Shown here: positions 10,738 to 20,520 of the stretch, in pieces
Numbering within the stretch: position 1 is the first letter of the stretch
How the letters are laid out: every line of letters starts with the position of its first letter
DNA from: an uncultured Nitrospiraceae bacterium
Lineage (GTDB): Bacteria > Nitrospirota > Nitrospiria > Nitrospirales > Nitrospiraceae
Reading direction: 5' to 3'
DNA: 64,000 nt
Assembly (NCBI GenBank): GCA_963706325.1
Contig: CAVPLT010000001.1
Location: forward strand, 1,024,001-1,088,000
Position numbers and translations under genes: made by a program
Notes under the pieces: model-generated
What the model was told of the DNA's origin: nothing
The model's input: the letters and a program-made list of their open reading frames with translations, nothing else
The model's database searches: none

Positions 10738-12177
10738 ATGCCGTCTACTCTGTGTCATAAACATATTCTGGGCGCAGGACTGCTCGGGGTCTTGCTGGGA
10801 TTCGGTCCCATAGGCACTGGCGACGCAGCCGGTCCTGCATCGCTGCCAGCACGTGCAACCCCTGTCAACACGATCGGAGATTTGCAGACTCAGGTACGGA
10901 CGACCGCAGCTAAAGTTATTCCTGCCGTCGTGAGTATTGCCTCCACCGTCATGGTGCATGATCAAACGTTCAGCGATGAAGGCCTTCCCTTCGGCATGTT
11001 CAAAGACGTGCCGCCTCGCCGGCAATATGGTCAAGGCTCCGGCGTGATCGTCTCCTCGGATGGATACATCATCACCAACAATCATGTCGTGGCGGATGCG
11101 GGAAACGTGGAAGTGATTCTGGCTGATCGACGGCAATTCAAAGGCCGTGTGGTGGCCACCGATCCAAAGACCGATGTGGCGGTTGTGAAGATCAACGCGA
11201 CCAGCCTTCCCACCGCGGCGTGGGGAGACTCCAGCGCCCTCGCCGTAGGCGATTTTGTGCTGGCCATCGGCAATCCATTGGGACTGAGCCGCACGGTGAC
11301 ATTCGGCATTGTGAGCGCCGTCGGGCGCGCCGATGTCGGTGTGGCCGACGTGGAAGACTTCATTCAAACCGATGCGCCGATCAATCCCGGGAATTCCGGC
11401 GGGGCGTTGGTGAATATCAATGGCGAAGTGGTGGGGATCAATACGGCCATTGCCAGCCCGACCGGCGGCAGCGTCGGCGTAGGATTCGCAATTCCCAGCA
11501 ACATGGCGAGAACCGCCATGCAAAGTCTCATCAAGACCGGCCGCGTGGTGCGGGGGTTTTTGGGCGCCTCTACGCAGGATGTGACCCCGTTGTTAGCCAA
11601 GATTTTTCACCTGCCGGATGTCAAAGGCTCGATTGTGACCGACCTGCAGGCCAAAGGGTCGGCGGAACGGGCGGGGTTGAAGCGCGGCGACGTGGTCGTG
11701 CGTTTTGACGGGCGCGATGTCATGGACAGCGGGCACTTGCGAAATCTAATGGCGACGGCGATCATCGGCAGCAAACACCGGATTGAGTTGATCCGCGAAG
11801 CCAGGCTGATGCAGACCGACCTCACCGCGCAGGAGGCGCCGCGAGAGCGCGTCAAGAAAAGCCAAACGGCGGACGCCGCGAGCTCGACGACGAATCCCTT
11901 GGCCGGCGTGATTGTCGATGATGTGACTCCCGCCTTGGCGCGTCAGATGGATTTAGCCGCCGATTCCGGACTCGTCGTGACGGATATTGAGGAAGGCAGC
12001 CTCGCCGAAGTGTCCGGTCTCCAGCCGGGCGACCTCATTCTCGAACTCAACCGTCAGCCGATTCCGAACTTCGCTACCTTCCAACGGCTCGCCGAGCCGT
12101 TTCGTTCCACCGATCTTGCCCTCCTGCTCATCAATCGCCAGGGCAACATTCTCTACATCCCGGTCCAAGCCGAGTAG
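10738..12177 (+). CDS. HtrA/DegP-family serine protease with two PDZ domains
   Basis: TNNHV, TDVAV, INPGNSGG triad motifs; AGGAG RBS. Confidence 0.92.
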   Translation: MPSTLCHKHILGAGLLGVLLGFGPIGTGDAAGPASLPARATPVNTIGDLQTQVRTTAAKVIPAVVSIASTVMVHDQTFSDEGLPFGMFKDVPPRRQYGQGSGVIVSSDGYIITNNHVVADAGNVEVILADRRQFKGRVVATDPKTDVAVVKINATSLPTAAWGDSSALAVGDFVLAIGNPLGLSRTVTFGIVSAVGRADVGVADVEDFIQTDAPINPGNSGGALVNINGEVVGINTAIASPTGGSVGVGFAIPSNMARTAMQSLIKTGRVVRGFLGASTQDVTPLLAKIFHLPDVKGSIVTDLQAKGSAERAGLKRGDVVVRFDGRDVMDSGHLRNLMATAIIGSKHRIELIREARLMQTDLTAQEAPRERVKKSQTADAASSTTNPLAGVIVDDVTPALARQMDLAADSGLVVTDIEEGSLAEVSGLQPGDLILELNRQPIPNFATFQRLAEPFRSTDLALLLINRQGNILYIPVQAE

Positions 12178-12221
12178 GCTTCTCCTCGTCGTTCCAGTCT
12201 GCATGCATGGTGATTCTTCCG

Positions 12222-12268
12222 TTGACGCAATAAGTTTTCAAGTGTTACGTTTATATAAATCGTAGCAC
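12222..12268 (+). promoter_or_regulatory. nikR promoter (TTGACG -35) overlapped by NikR operator GTGTTAC-N13-GTAGCAC (12242-12268)
   Basis: Near-perfect 7-13-7 dyad with AT-rich spacer, 10 nt before the nikR ATG. Confidence 0.75.
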
Positions 12269-12278
12269 CTGAGGCTTC

Positions 12279-12698
12279 ATGAAGAAACTTGTCCGATTCG
12301 GTGTGTCACTCGATCAGCATCTGCTCGTGGATTTCGATCGTTTGATAGAGCGACGAAAGTATACGAACCGGTCCGAAGCGATCCGCGACCTGATTCGGGA
12401 TAGTCTCGTCGGGCAGGAATGGGACGAAAACAAGGAGACAGTAGCCACGATTACCTTCGTGTACGACCACCACGTGCCGGATCTGGCGAGAAAACTGACT
12501 CACATCCAGCACGATTTTCAAGGTCATATCATGGCGGGGATGCACGTCCATCTCGACCATGTTCATTGTCTGGAGGTCCTAGTGGCCAGAGGCAAGGGGG
12601 TGGCCATCCGCAAGGTCGCCGATGCCCTGCTGAGTGTCAAAGGGGTGAAGCATGGGAAGCTGACCATGACGACGACCGGCAAGGGGCTTAGTCTTTAA
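12279..12698 (+). CDS. nikR: Nickel-responsive regulator NikR
   Basis: RHH domain (RFGVS..NRSEAIRDLIR), YDHH, QH, HVHL..CLE. Confidence 0.95.
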   Translation: MKKLVRFGVSLDQHLLVDFDRLIERRKYTNRSEAIRDLIRDSLVGQEWDENKETVATITFVYDHHVPDLARKLTHIQHDFQGHIMAGMHVHLDHVHCLEVLVARGKGVAIRKVADALLSVKGVKHGKLTMTTTGKGLSL

Positions 12699-13116
12699 TG
12701 ACGGTTTGTGTGCCGGATGGCCGAGGTGGGGTCTGGGCAGTCGGGTGGGCGAAGGACTGCGGGGGATGGCGGCAGAGGGTCACGCCGTCTTTGGCCTGGG
12801 ACTCAATCGAGTGTCAGCACAGGCGATGAAATGGGCCGGCGCCACCTCGATTGAAACGGCTCCGCAGATGATTCATCGTCGGCTCGATGGCGCGGATCTG
12901 ATCGTCGGGTCAGTGAGTCTCTTGATGCCGGGATCTATGTTGGACGAAGTGACGCCAGTTCTTGTGCAAGCGGTGCTGGGGTCTCCAGCAAAAAAAGTGC
13001 TTCTTCCCATCAACAAACGGAAGGTCGAAGTGGTCGGCACCGAGAGAAGAACCCTCGATGCGTTGATAGACCATGCCGTTCAGCGGATCGCGAGTCTTTT
13101 CAGGCCGATAATCTGA
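12698..13116 (+). CDS. DUF3842-like protein with apparent -1 frameshift in G-run at ~12728-12731
   Basis: TAATG coupling to nikR; MTVCVPDGRGG joins (G)LGSRV...ADLIVG..SMLDEVTP..SPAKKVLLPIN if one G is added. Confidence 0.65.
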
Positions 13117-13242
13117 GCGGCGCGGTTTGTTCCTGCTCATACTCCAACAGTCAGATCACGAAGGTCTGAGGCGGCCGACATGGGCTGCCGGTAACCCATA
13201 ATGAACGCTTGTCCGTTCATCCGATCTGACTGGGGCTCGGAA

Positions 13243-15294
13243 ATGAGTTGGCGCATCTGTTTTCTCGGTCTTGGAGTAGTGATGACCTATGCCGGCATGG
13301 CAACGCTCGTCCATGCTCATGATCCTGATCTGCCGGACCTCGAAGTCCCTGAAATAAGTATCGAAGCGGAACGACCGGTGGCTGCGTCGTCTCAGCAATT
13401 CATTCCCGACAAGGAGTACGTCATGCAACCTCAGGGTCGTCCGGCCCAGGTGTTGCGTTTGATTCCAGGGCTTGTCGCCGTGGAACATTCGGGTGGCGCC
13501 GGCAAAGCCGACCAGTATTTTTTGCGCGGGTTTGATGCGGATCATGGCACAGATGTCGCGTTTTTCGCCGACGGCATGCCGATCAATTTTCGTTCGCATG
13601 CGCATGGTCAAGGATATGCCGATTTGAACTTTATCATCCCTGAAACCATTGAAGGGTTGGAAGCCTATAAAGGTGCGTATCACGTCGAATTCGGCGATTT
13701 CAACACGGCCGGCGCCGTCAATTTCAAGACTCGTGAGATGGTGCGCGAAGGCATGGTGCAGGCGGCCGGCGGTCAGTTCGATACCCAGCGGTATCTGTTG
13801 ATGCTCTCTCCGACGAAGGATAAAGTGCGGACACTTTTTGCCGCGGAGGGGTACTACACGAACGGGCCGTTTCAAAACGACAATCGCTATTTTCGAACGA
13901 ACCTGTTGGGGAAGGCGACGATGAACCCGACTCCGCGCTCGGAGCTGAGCATCGCAGGAACCTTCCAGAAATCTCAGTGGAATGCGTCAGGTGAAATACC
14001 CCTGCGGGCCGTGCAGGATGGGTCGCTTGATCGATTCGGCGCCATCGATCCTTCAGAAGGAGGAAAAACGATTCGCTCGACCGCCCGATTAAACTACCAT
14101 TACGATACGCCGTCCGGTGGTCGATTTTTCGCGAATGCCTACGGGCAATATTATAAATTTGATCTCTTTACGAACTTCACCTTTTTTCTCGACGACCCCA
14201 TCAATGGGGATGGCATTCAGCAGTCTGACCGGCGGGTCATGTATGGAGGAGATCTCGGCTATCGGCAACCCGGACGAGTGCTGGATATGGACAGTGCCGT
14301 CACAGTGGGCCTGCAGTCGCGGGTAGACAATATCCATGCGCGGCTGGGTACGCAAACAACGCGCAATCCACTGGGGACGACCATCGACAGCGATATTCTG
14401 GAAGCATCTTATGCACCATTTGTGAAACTGGAGCTGGAACCGACGCCGTGGATGCGAGTGACCGGTGGTCTGCGAAGCGAACTCTTCACGTTTGATGTTC
14501 GGAATCGTTGTCCCGATTGCCCGGAACAGCCCGCTGGGAAGACCACCAGCGGACTCGTGTTACCCAAGGTGAACGTGATTCTTGGCCCCTGGTTCCGCAC
14601 GGAGTTTTTCGCCAACTATGGCGAGGGTTTTCATAGTAACGATGCCCGCTCTGCTGTGGCGCCGGGCTCCGCTCCGCTCGCACGCGCGAAAACCTATGAG
14701 GTGGGACTTCGTTCAAAACCCTGGGGAGCTGAGGGCCTGGAATTCATCGCGACTTTATGGGCCATCGATCTTAAATCCGAACTGTTGTTCGTCGGAGATG
14801 AGGGAACGACCGACATTCGAGGAGCAACGCGCCGACGGGGAGTCGAAGTGGGGGCACGAGGCCAAATTATCGGGCCGCTATATTTCAACGGCAGCCTCAC
14901 GTGGTCGCACGCGGAGTTTAACAATGGAGATGCGATTCCACTGGCGCCGGAGCTCACCGGGTATGGTGCACTGATTCTCCGATGGCCGGAAGGCCTGACC
15001 TCGCAACTTCAAGCCACGTACATGGGGGTACGGCCGTTGATCGAAGACCGGAGCATCAAGTCGCCGTCCTGGCTGGATATTGACCTTTCGGAACGCTATC
15101 AAATTCCGGTCAACCTGGCGCATGGGCGCCTTGAAGCGTTTCTGTTCGTGCAGAATCTGTTGAACACCAAATGGGAGCAAGCGGTCTTTGCCTTTGAGTC
15201 GAGGCTCAGAAACGAAGGGGCGGGTGTGACCGACATTCACTTTGTGCCGGGCAATCCGCGGATGGTCATGGGGGGCGTCGCATGGTATTTTTAA
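13243..15294 (+). CDS. TonB-dependent receptor, probably for nickel
   Basis: Plug motif HSGGAGKADQYFLRGFDADHGTD..SHAHGQGY, C-terminal F; downstream of nikR. Confidence 0.88.
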   Translation: MSWRICFLGLGVVMTYAGMATLVHAHDPDLPDLEVPEISIEAERPVAASSQQFIPDKEYVMQPQGRPAQVLRLIPGLVAVEHSGGAGKADQYFLRGFDADHGTDVAFFADGMPINFRSHAHGQGYADLNFIIPETIEGLEAYKGAYHVEFGDFNTAGAVNFKTREMVREGMVQAAGGQFDTQRYLLMLSPTKDKVRTLFAAEGYYTNGPFQNDNRYFRTNLLGKATMNPTPRSELSIAGTFQKSQWNASGEIPLRAVQDGSLDRFGAIDPSEGGKTIRSTARLNYHYDTPSGGRFFANAYGQYYKFDLFTNFTFFLDDPINGDGIQQSDRRVMYGGDLGYRQPGRVLDMDSAVTVGLQSRVDNIHARLGTQTTRNPLGTTIDSDILEASYAPFVKLELEPTPWMRVTGGLRSELFTFDVRNRCPDCPEQPAGKTTSGLVLPKVNVILGPWFRTEFFANYGEGFHSNDARSAVAPGSAPLARAKTYEVGLRSKPWGAEGLEFIATLWAIDLKSELLFVGDEGTTDIRGATRRRGVEVGARGQIIGPLYFNGSLTWSHAEFNNGDAIPLAPELTGYGALILRWPEGLTSQLQATYMGVRPLIEDRSIKSPSWLDIDLSERYQIPVNLAHGRLEAFLFVQNLLNTKWEQAVFAFESRLRNEGAGVTDIHFVPGNPRMVMGGVAWYF

Positions 15295-15416
15295 CAGGCT
15301 GCTGAAAAAGGCTCCCAACTTCGTTCTCCGTCATCCGACTCCTTGCGACGTACGAGAGTACGCCTCAGTCGCCGGCCTCCGTGCGGCCTCGTTGGATAGC
15401 CTTTTTGAGCAGCCTG
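15295..15416 (+). repeat. Family-1 structured hairpin repeat, copy A
   Basis: CAGGCTGCTGAAAAAGGCT...AGCCTTTTTGAGCAGCCTG; core GTTCTC/ACGTAC..GTACGCCTC/TGCGGCCT; follows TAA. Confidence 0.85.
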
Positions 15417-15505
15417 CCATCCAAAGGGCCTCGCTTTACTATCCGCACGCGAAAGAAGGCAGGACGCGCTGAACGTCATAAGGGAGCAACAGTAATAATT
15501 CTGTG

Positions 15506-16075
15506 ATGAGTAAATCCAAGAACACAATCCTGGACCGATCCTATTTCAGCCGTCCCACGCTCGATGTGGCGCGATCGCTGATCGGCAAGTACCTGGTTCG
15601 TGAGAACAGACAGGGGGTGGTCGCGGGACGGATTGTAGAGGTCGAAGCCTATGTCGGTCCGGAAGACAAGGCCTGTCATGGGTCGAAAGGTCGGACGGCT
15701 CGGACGGAGGTCTTGTTCGGTCCGCCCGGACACGCGTACGTGTATCTCTGTTATGGAATGCACGAAATGTTGAACGTCGTGACCGAGCAGGATGGATTTC
15801 CCGCTGCCATCCTCTTGCGGGCGGTGGAGTGTGACGGAATACTCATCGATGGACCTGGCCGGCTGACCCGCGCGTTTGGCATCGATCGTCGATTGAATCG
15901 GTGCGACCTCACGGCGGGCCAATCCCTCTGGTTTGAGGACCGTGGGGAGTTACTGCCACGAGGGGCACTGAAAACCTATCCACGGATCGGGGTCGATTAC
16001 GCAGGAGAATGGGCGAAAAAACCCTGGCGATTTCGATTGCAGATGGGGACCGATCCAGGACGAAGGAAGGGGTAG
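15506..16075 (+). CDS. mpg: DNA-3-methyladenine glycosylase (MPG/AAG family)
   Basis: IVEVEAY, YVYLCYGMH..LNVV, GPGRL, RIG, PWRF. Confidence 0.92.
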   Translation: MSKSKNTILDRSYFSRPTLDVARSLIGKYLVRENRQGVVAGRIVEVEAYVGPEDKACHGSKGRTARTEVLFGPPGHAYVYLCYGMHEMLNVVTEQDGFPAAILLRAVECDGILIDGPGRLTRAFGIDRRLNRCDLTAGQSLWFEDRGELLPRGALKTYPRIGVDYAGEWAKKPWRFRLQMGTDPGRRKG

Positions 16076-16151
16076 GGACAGCGAGGCGCGAAAAAGAAAC
16101 TGGGCCGCAGTCTTGAGACTGCGGCCCAGTTTGCGTTCCATGGAATCCGAA

Positions 16152-16517
16152 CTAGTCGATCTTCCGATCGCCGGTAATCTTCGTGGCCGAGGTCACCGGT
16201 GGCTCAATCTTGATCTGCGGTCCCTGCACGTTCGGCAAACGGCCAGCGCCCTGGCCTTCGGTAATACGGGCATTGTCGGTTTTGGTCAGCTTCTGTTCGG
16301 CGCTCTTGATCGAGTCCGCTGATTTCACCAAGGTGGACTCGCCGCGGGCGTCCTTCTGCCCGGGGTCATTGGCCGTCGGTTGTCCATTCACGGGGCTGCC
16401 GTCGTTCTTCATCGGATAGCCTTCGTGCTTCGGCAGTAGCGCCGGATTCGCGGAGGCCATCGAAACTACAAACAAGACGCCTGCAAGGGTGGCTACGGTG
16501 CCGATCACGAATTTCAT
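16152..16517 (-). CDS. Secreted hypothetical protein
   Basis: Signal peptide (ASA), AAGGAG RBS. Confidence 0.7.
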   Translation of the reverse strand: MKFVIGTVATLAGVLFVVSMASANPALLPKHEGYPMKNDGSPVNGQPTANDPGQKDARGESTLVKSADSIKSAEQKLTKTDNARITEGQGAGRLPNVQGPQIKIEPPVTSATKITGDRKID

Positions 16518-16953
16518 ACCCCTACTCCTTTGAAAGAATGTGAAAGTATGTTGGTCGAGGATAATCGATTAGAAGCCTGAATAGTGCGGGAATCTTAGCT
16601 ATCTAGAGAAGCGCTGTCAAGGAGAAAGGGGGGCGGCAGGCTAAGGCGTCTGCATTGCTCGCGCAATGCGCGGTCTCGGAAGTCCCTCGTTGGACGCGCG
16701 CAGGAGCAAACGCCTATACCTACCGCTTGAGTTGAGGAAAAGCTGTACTCGGCCCATGCGCGCAGATGGACGGCCTCGACGACCACCGGCACGAGGAAAC
16801 AGCGGGATGACTGACGGTGGGAATGGGTGTGGTTGGTCAGTGGCTCACGGGCCAATCTACACGAAGCGAATATCGGACAGGGAAAGAGTGACGTGTTTCG
16901 GAAGGCGCTTGCGGAGAGGCGCAGCCTATCGACTCGGCCCGGGAGAATGGCGA

Positions 16954-18783
16954 CTAGGATGCGGAGGTCGGGCGACGGGGTGGACGGCGCCCACGCCCGC
17001 GATACCGATGCGCGGGGCCGCGGCTTACGCCTGGCAGGCGAATAGTGACCGTTGTTCCCTCGCCGATCGTTCCCGAAATACCAATGCTGCCTTGGTGCTC
17101 TTCCACGATTTTTTTTACCGTGGCGAGGCCCAGCCCGGTGCCCGATCGTTTGGTCGTGAAGAACGGTTCGAATACCTTGTCGACATGTTCGGGAGGAATG
17201 GGTGCCCCATTGTTCTTAATCAGGATTTGCACTTCCAGGTGTCGTGCTGCCCGCTGGTTGCTCATGGCGATCGTCAAGATGCCGCCGGGCGTCATGGCCT
17301 CGATCGCATTCTTGAAAATACTGAGAAAAACCTGCTGCATCTTGGCTTCATCGGCCCGAACAGGGGCAAGGAGGCCGGCATATTCTTTGTCCACTTGAAT
17401 GCGAGTCGCTTCCAACTCCGTGGCGACTACCGTGAGGGCGTTTTCCACCATTTCGGGGACGCGGCAGAGCCTCCGATTGAGGTCCAACGGTTTGGCAAAG
17501 TCGAGAATTTCATTGAGAATAGCTTCGATACGGATCAAGTCTCTCATCGCATTTTCCACACGGGTCTGGGGATCAAAATCAAGAATCCCTTCCGCCGTCA
17601 CCTCCTCCAGCTGCGCTCGAATCGAAGCCAGCGGCTCGCGAACCTCCGTGGCGAGAAAGGCGCTGAACTCTCCGATGGCAGCTTGGCGTTCCTGTTTCCG
17701 AATCACAGGTTCCGCTGACGTGAGAGGCGCGGCGCCGGGAGCTGCGTCCGGTGCTCCTTCAACCCTGGGGGCGCTCGATGCCGCGAGGGGCGCCGCTTGC
17801 AGCAAGTCCACCAATTTCAAATTGATCGGCTCGAGCTGGCGGGCGTCGGACACCGCGAAACGATCCGCTTCTTTTGACGCGAGGGTGATGGTGCCGCCGA
17901 CTTGGCCGCGCAAAAAGAACGGCAATACGAGCGACGACTGGAACCGGTCTTTGTACAAAAACTTATGGTCGAGGAAACGGCCCTGGGTGGATGCCAAGTC
18001 ATGGTCGACGCGAGGCTTGCGATGGCGAACGACCCATCCGGCGGCGGATGCGTCTAGGGCCAGGCGCTGACCTGCTTTCAGATCTTTTTTTTGGTCCTTC
18101 GGATCGGTCTTCTGCTCACCAGCGATGCCCAGTACTTCGACATTGCCGGCTAGGGGGTCATAGGCTCCGATCCACGCGCGATCGAACGAGAGGGTTTGTC
18201 CCAGTTCGTCAAGCAGGGCAACGATCTTCTCTTGAATCTCCGGCGTCGCATGGGAGGTCGGCGCGGTATAGACATCTGCCGGCGCGACGACTGGGATGGG
18301 CTCGGCTACGACCAATGGACGGCTAAGGATGACGTTCAGATCGAAAAGACTATCTCGATCAAGGGCTTTAGTAATGTCGTCTCCGGCCTGCTCCAGCATC
18401 ACCTTGTCTTTTTTGGCATAGACGGCGTTGTCTTTTCGCCCGATCACTAAAAAGCCGTAGGTGCGTTGCCGATTTCGCAGCGGAATACCAAGGAGTGATT
18501 TTGCGCCCGGCGTGACCAGCCGAAGCCGCATGGTGCGGGAGGCGTCGGGATCATTGGCGGCCGGCACGGTCGTCAGTACTTTCTCCGAGGAGAGTGTGCG
18601 AACGATCGACTGGACATCGCGAGGCGTGAAGCCCCGGTGCACTTGCGTCGTGAGCGGTCCCTGTTCCTGGTGGAAAATGGCGACCAATGCGGCATCGGCC
18701 GGCAGCCCATTCAGGACGGAGGTGAGGGTGCGTTGCAGATGGGTTTCGGCCGTGGCTTTGGATTGTTCCACTGGAGGACTCAT
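16954..18783 (-). CDS. GAF-domain histidine-kinase-like protein lacking the phosphoacceptor His
   Basis: Two GAF-like regions, DHp LATEVREPL, HATPase NAIEA/FEPFFTTK/GTGLGL. Confidence 0.85.
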   Translation of the reverse strand: MSPPVEQSKATAETHLQRTLTSVLNGLPADAALVAIFHQEQGPLTTQVHRGFTPRDVQSIVRTLSSEKVLTTVPAANDPDASRTMRLRLVTPGAKSLLGIPLRNRQRTYGFLVIGRKDNAVYAKKDKVMLEQAGDDITKALDRDSLFDLNVILSRPLVVAEPIPVVAPADVYTAPTSHATPEIQEKIVALLDELGQTLSFDRAWIGAYDPLAGNVEVLGIAGEQKTDPKDQKKDLKAGQRLALDASAAGWVVRHRKPRVDHDLASTQGRFLDHKFLYKDRFQSSLVLPFFLRGQVGGTITLASKEADRFAVSDARQLEPINLKLVDLLQAAPLAASSAPRVEGAPDAAPGAAPLTSAEPVIRKQERQAAIGEFSAFLATEVREPLASIRAQLEEVTAEGILDFDPQTRVENAMRDLIRIEAILNEILDFAKPLDLNRRLCRVPEMVENALTVVATELEATRIQVDKEYAGLLAPVRADEAKMQQVFLSIFKNAIEAMTPGGILTIAMSNQRAARHLEVQILIKNNGAPIPPEHVDKVFEPFFTTKRSGTGLGLATVKKIVEEHQGSIGISGTIGEGTTVTIRLPGVSRGPAHRYRGRGRRPPRRPTSAS

Positions 18784-19010
18784 CGACCTCTATGCTCCAT
18801 GCTCTGGACCAGTCAGACCGTCAGTGGTTGCCCATCGAGTAAGCGGTCGATAGGGGAGCCAAGACCTGTAGCCTGTTCGAAACATGGTGTTCGTTATAGG
18901 TTGTCAATCTCTGTGGTACATGTCGGGCGTCGGGGCGCATTGTAACAGTCGATTTCTGGTAACTCAAGGAATGCCGTGTTCCAATTGCGGTCTTCTTTCG
19001 AAGCAGATGT

Positions 19011-19463
19011 TTAGTCAGGATTGATGATGGTGGGAGGACGGTGGGATCGATTGATGGTTCTTACGCTGGCATGTTCCACTGCCAAGATGCCGTTCAAAAT
19101 AGCGCTGACTACGCTAATGACGAGGGCGCCCCAGAAGGAAGCCCAGAACCCGGCGACGGTAAAACCCTTCACGAGTGCAGCGGTCAGTTGCAAGAGCAGG
19201 GCATTGATCACCACCAGAAACAGGCCGAGCGACAGGACGATCAACGGCAACGAGAGCAAATAGAGCAGTGGTCGGACCAGCGTGTTCAATAACGTGAGCA
19301 CCAACACCGCCCCCACTGCGGCGCCAAGACTGTCCGATTCGATGCCGGGCACGACCGTCACGGCTAGAAAGACGGCAATGCCCATCACGAGCACCCGCAT
19401 GAAAAATGGTCGAAGGCCGCCGTTTGGCGGAGGCTGCGAATTCTGAACGTGAAACTCGGCCAT
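19011..19463 (-). CDS. 4-TMS phage-holin-like membrane protein (YvlD/DUF360 type)
   Basis: LNxxVRPLL..LPL..LGLF..INA..GFW..A motif. Confidence 0.8.
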   Translation of the reverse strand: MAEFHVQNSQPPPNGGLRPFFMRVLVMGIAVFLAVTVVPGIESDSLGAAVGAVLVLTLLNTLVRPLLYLLSLPLIVLSLGLFLVVINALLLQLTAALVKGFTVAGFWASFWGALVISVVSAILNGILAVEHASVRTINRSHRPPTIINPD

Positions 19464-19477
19464 GGAGTGCCTGGTGC

Positions 19478-19825
19478 CTATGGAGTTGTTGGCTTCGGTT
19501 TGGAGTCTGAGAAGTGGACCTCGGTGGCGACCAGTCCGGCGTCATCTTTTTCCGCCTCAACGACGACCCGATCACCCACCTGAGGCGTATTTTTAGTTCG
19601 GCGCAGATTCTTCGCCTTGTAGTGGGTTTTGTCCGTGAGCCGTACCGAAACGGACTGACCTTTGGTTGTTTTAACCTCGATATGCACCGTGTCGATGGCG
19701 GTCACTACGCCAAGAACATGCTGGCCGCTCCCATGAGCGGCGACCCAGGCGGGCGTACAAATGAGCATCACAGCCATCAAAATGTAGCGAAGGAATATCA
19801 CGATGGAGTCCTTTCGTTGTGGCAT
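19478..19825 (-). CDS. Periplasmic OB-fold-like hypothetical protein with N-terminal AHG
   Basis: Signal peptide, HG..HV.G.V, VGDRVVV; start uncertain. Confidence 0.6.
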   Translation of the reverse strand: MPQRKDSIVIFLRYILMAVMLICTPAWVAAHGSGQHVLGVVTAIDTVHIEVKTTKGQSVSVRLTDKTHYKAKNLRRTKNTPQVGDRVVVEAEKDDAGLVATEVHFSDSKPKPTTP

Positions 19826-19827
19826 CG

Positions 19828-20436
19828 TCAGTGCTGGTGTGTTCCTGTCGCGGCCGCATCATCCCCTTGAAGAAAAAGCTCGAACAGCGCTTCTTCTTCC
19901 ACATCTTTTTTTGTCTTGGGATTGAGAGATTTCATCTCCTGCAACTCTTCCTCGGTCAGGCTGGGAAGATGGCGAATAAAATGCACGAGTTGCCAGCTGG
20001 CGCTGTCTTTTGCGGGGTCGCCGGTACCCCAGGCGGGCATCGCGGTAAAACGAATGCCGTTCTGAATGATGAAGAACAGTTCTCCGTCGGACATGTTTTG
20101 CGTGTCCGCCAGCCGCATGTCCGGTGACTGGGGGTACACGTTCCTGCCGATGGTCGTCTGCCCGCTGCCGTTGTTGGCATGACAGCTTGCGCAATGGTCG
20201 GCGAAGTGGGCGCGCGCGTCTTTCAGGAGTTCTTCGGTCAAGGGCAGGGGATTACGGAGCCGGCGGTTCTCGATCGGGATCGCGAGGTGTCGCAGTTGTC
20301 GGGCAATCAAGACTTCCAATGCGTTCGGCTCGGCTTTGGCACTAAACCCCGTGCTGTATGACTGATAGCCAAACCAACCCAACAGGGCCAGGGTGGCTAA
20401 TAGGCCAAGAATCAGAACCCCACAGAATTTCTTCAC
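19828..20436 (-). CDS. Monoheme c-type cytochrome
   Basis: CASCH, distal MPAW, N-terminal TM helix. Confidence 0.88.
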   Translation of the reverse strand: MKKFCGVLILGLLATLALLGWFGYQSYSTGFSAKAEPNALEVLIARQLRHLAIPIENRRLRNPLPLTEELLKDARAHFADHCASCHANNGSGQTTIGRNVYPQSPDMRLADTQNMSDGELFFIIQNGIRFTAMPAWGTGDPAKDSASWQLVHFIRHLPSLTEEELQEMKSLNPKTKKDVEEEALFELFLQGDDAAATGTHQH

Positions 20437-20520
20437 CGGCTACAGACCCCGCAGCTGGGCACAAGTCCATCTCCAATATACAGAGTCGCTAGAATGAATG
20501 CCAATTGCAGCGGTGAGCGC

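Noticed and set aside
10294..11523. Long alternative ORFs (e.g. 10294-11523 minus, 16666-17718 plus, 40442-41812 plus, 42561-43520 plus, 53204-54250 plus)
   Set aside because: Shadow frames of well-supported genes in GC-rich DNA, with no motifs
19011..19463. Holin-like gene and excisionase-like HTH (3677-3859) as prophage evidence
   Set aside because: Both families are common in chromosomes, and there are no integrase, structural or lysin genes
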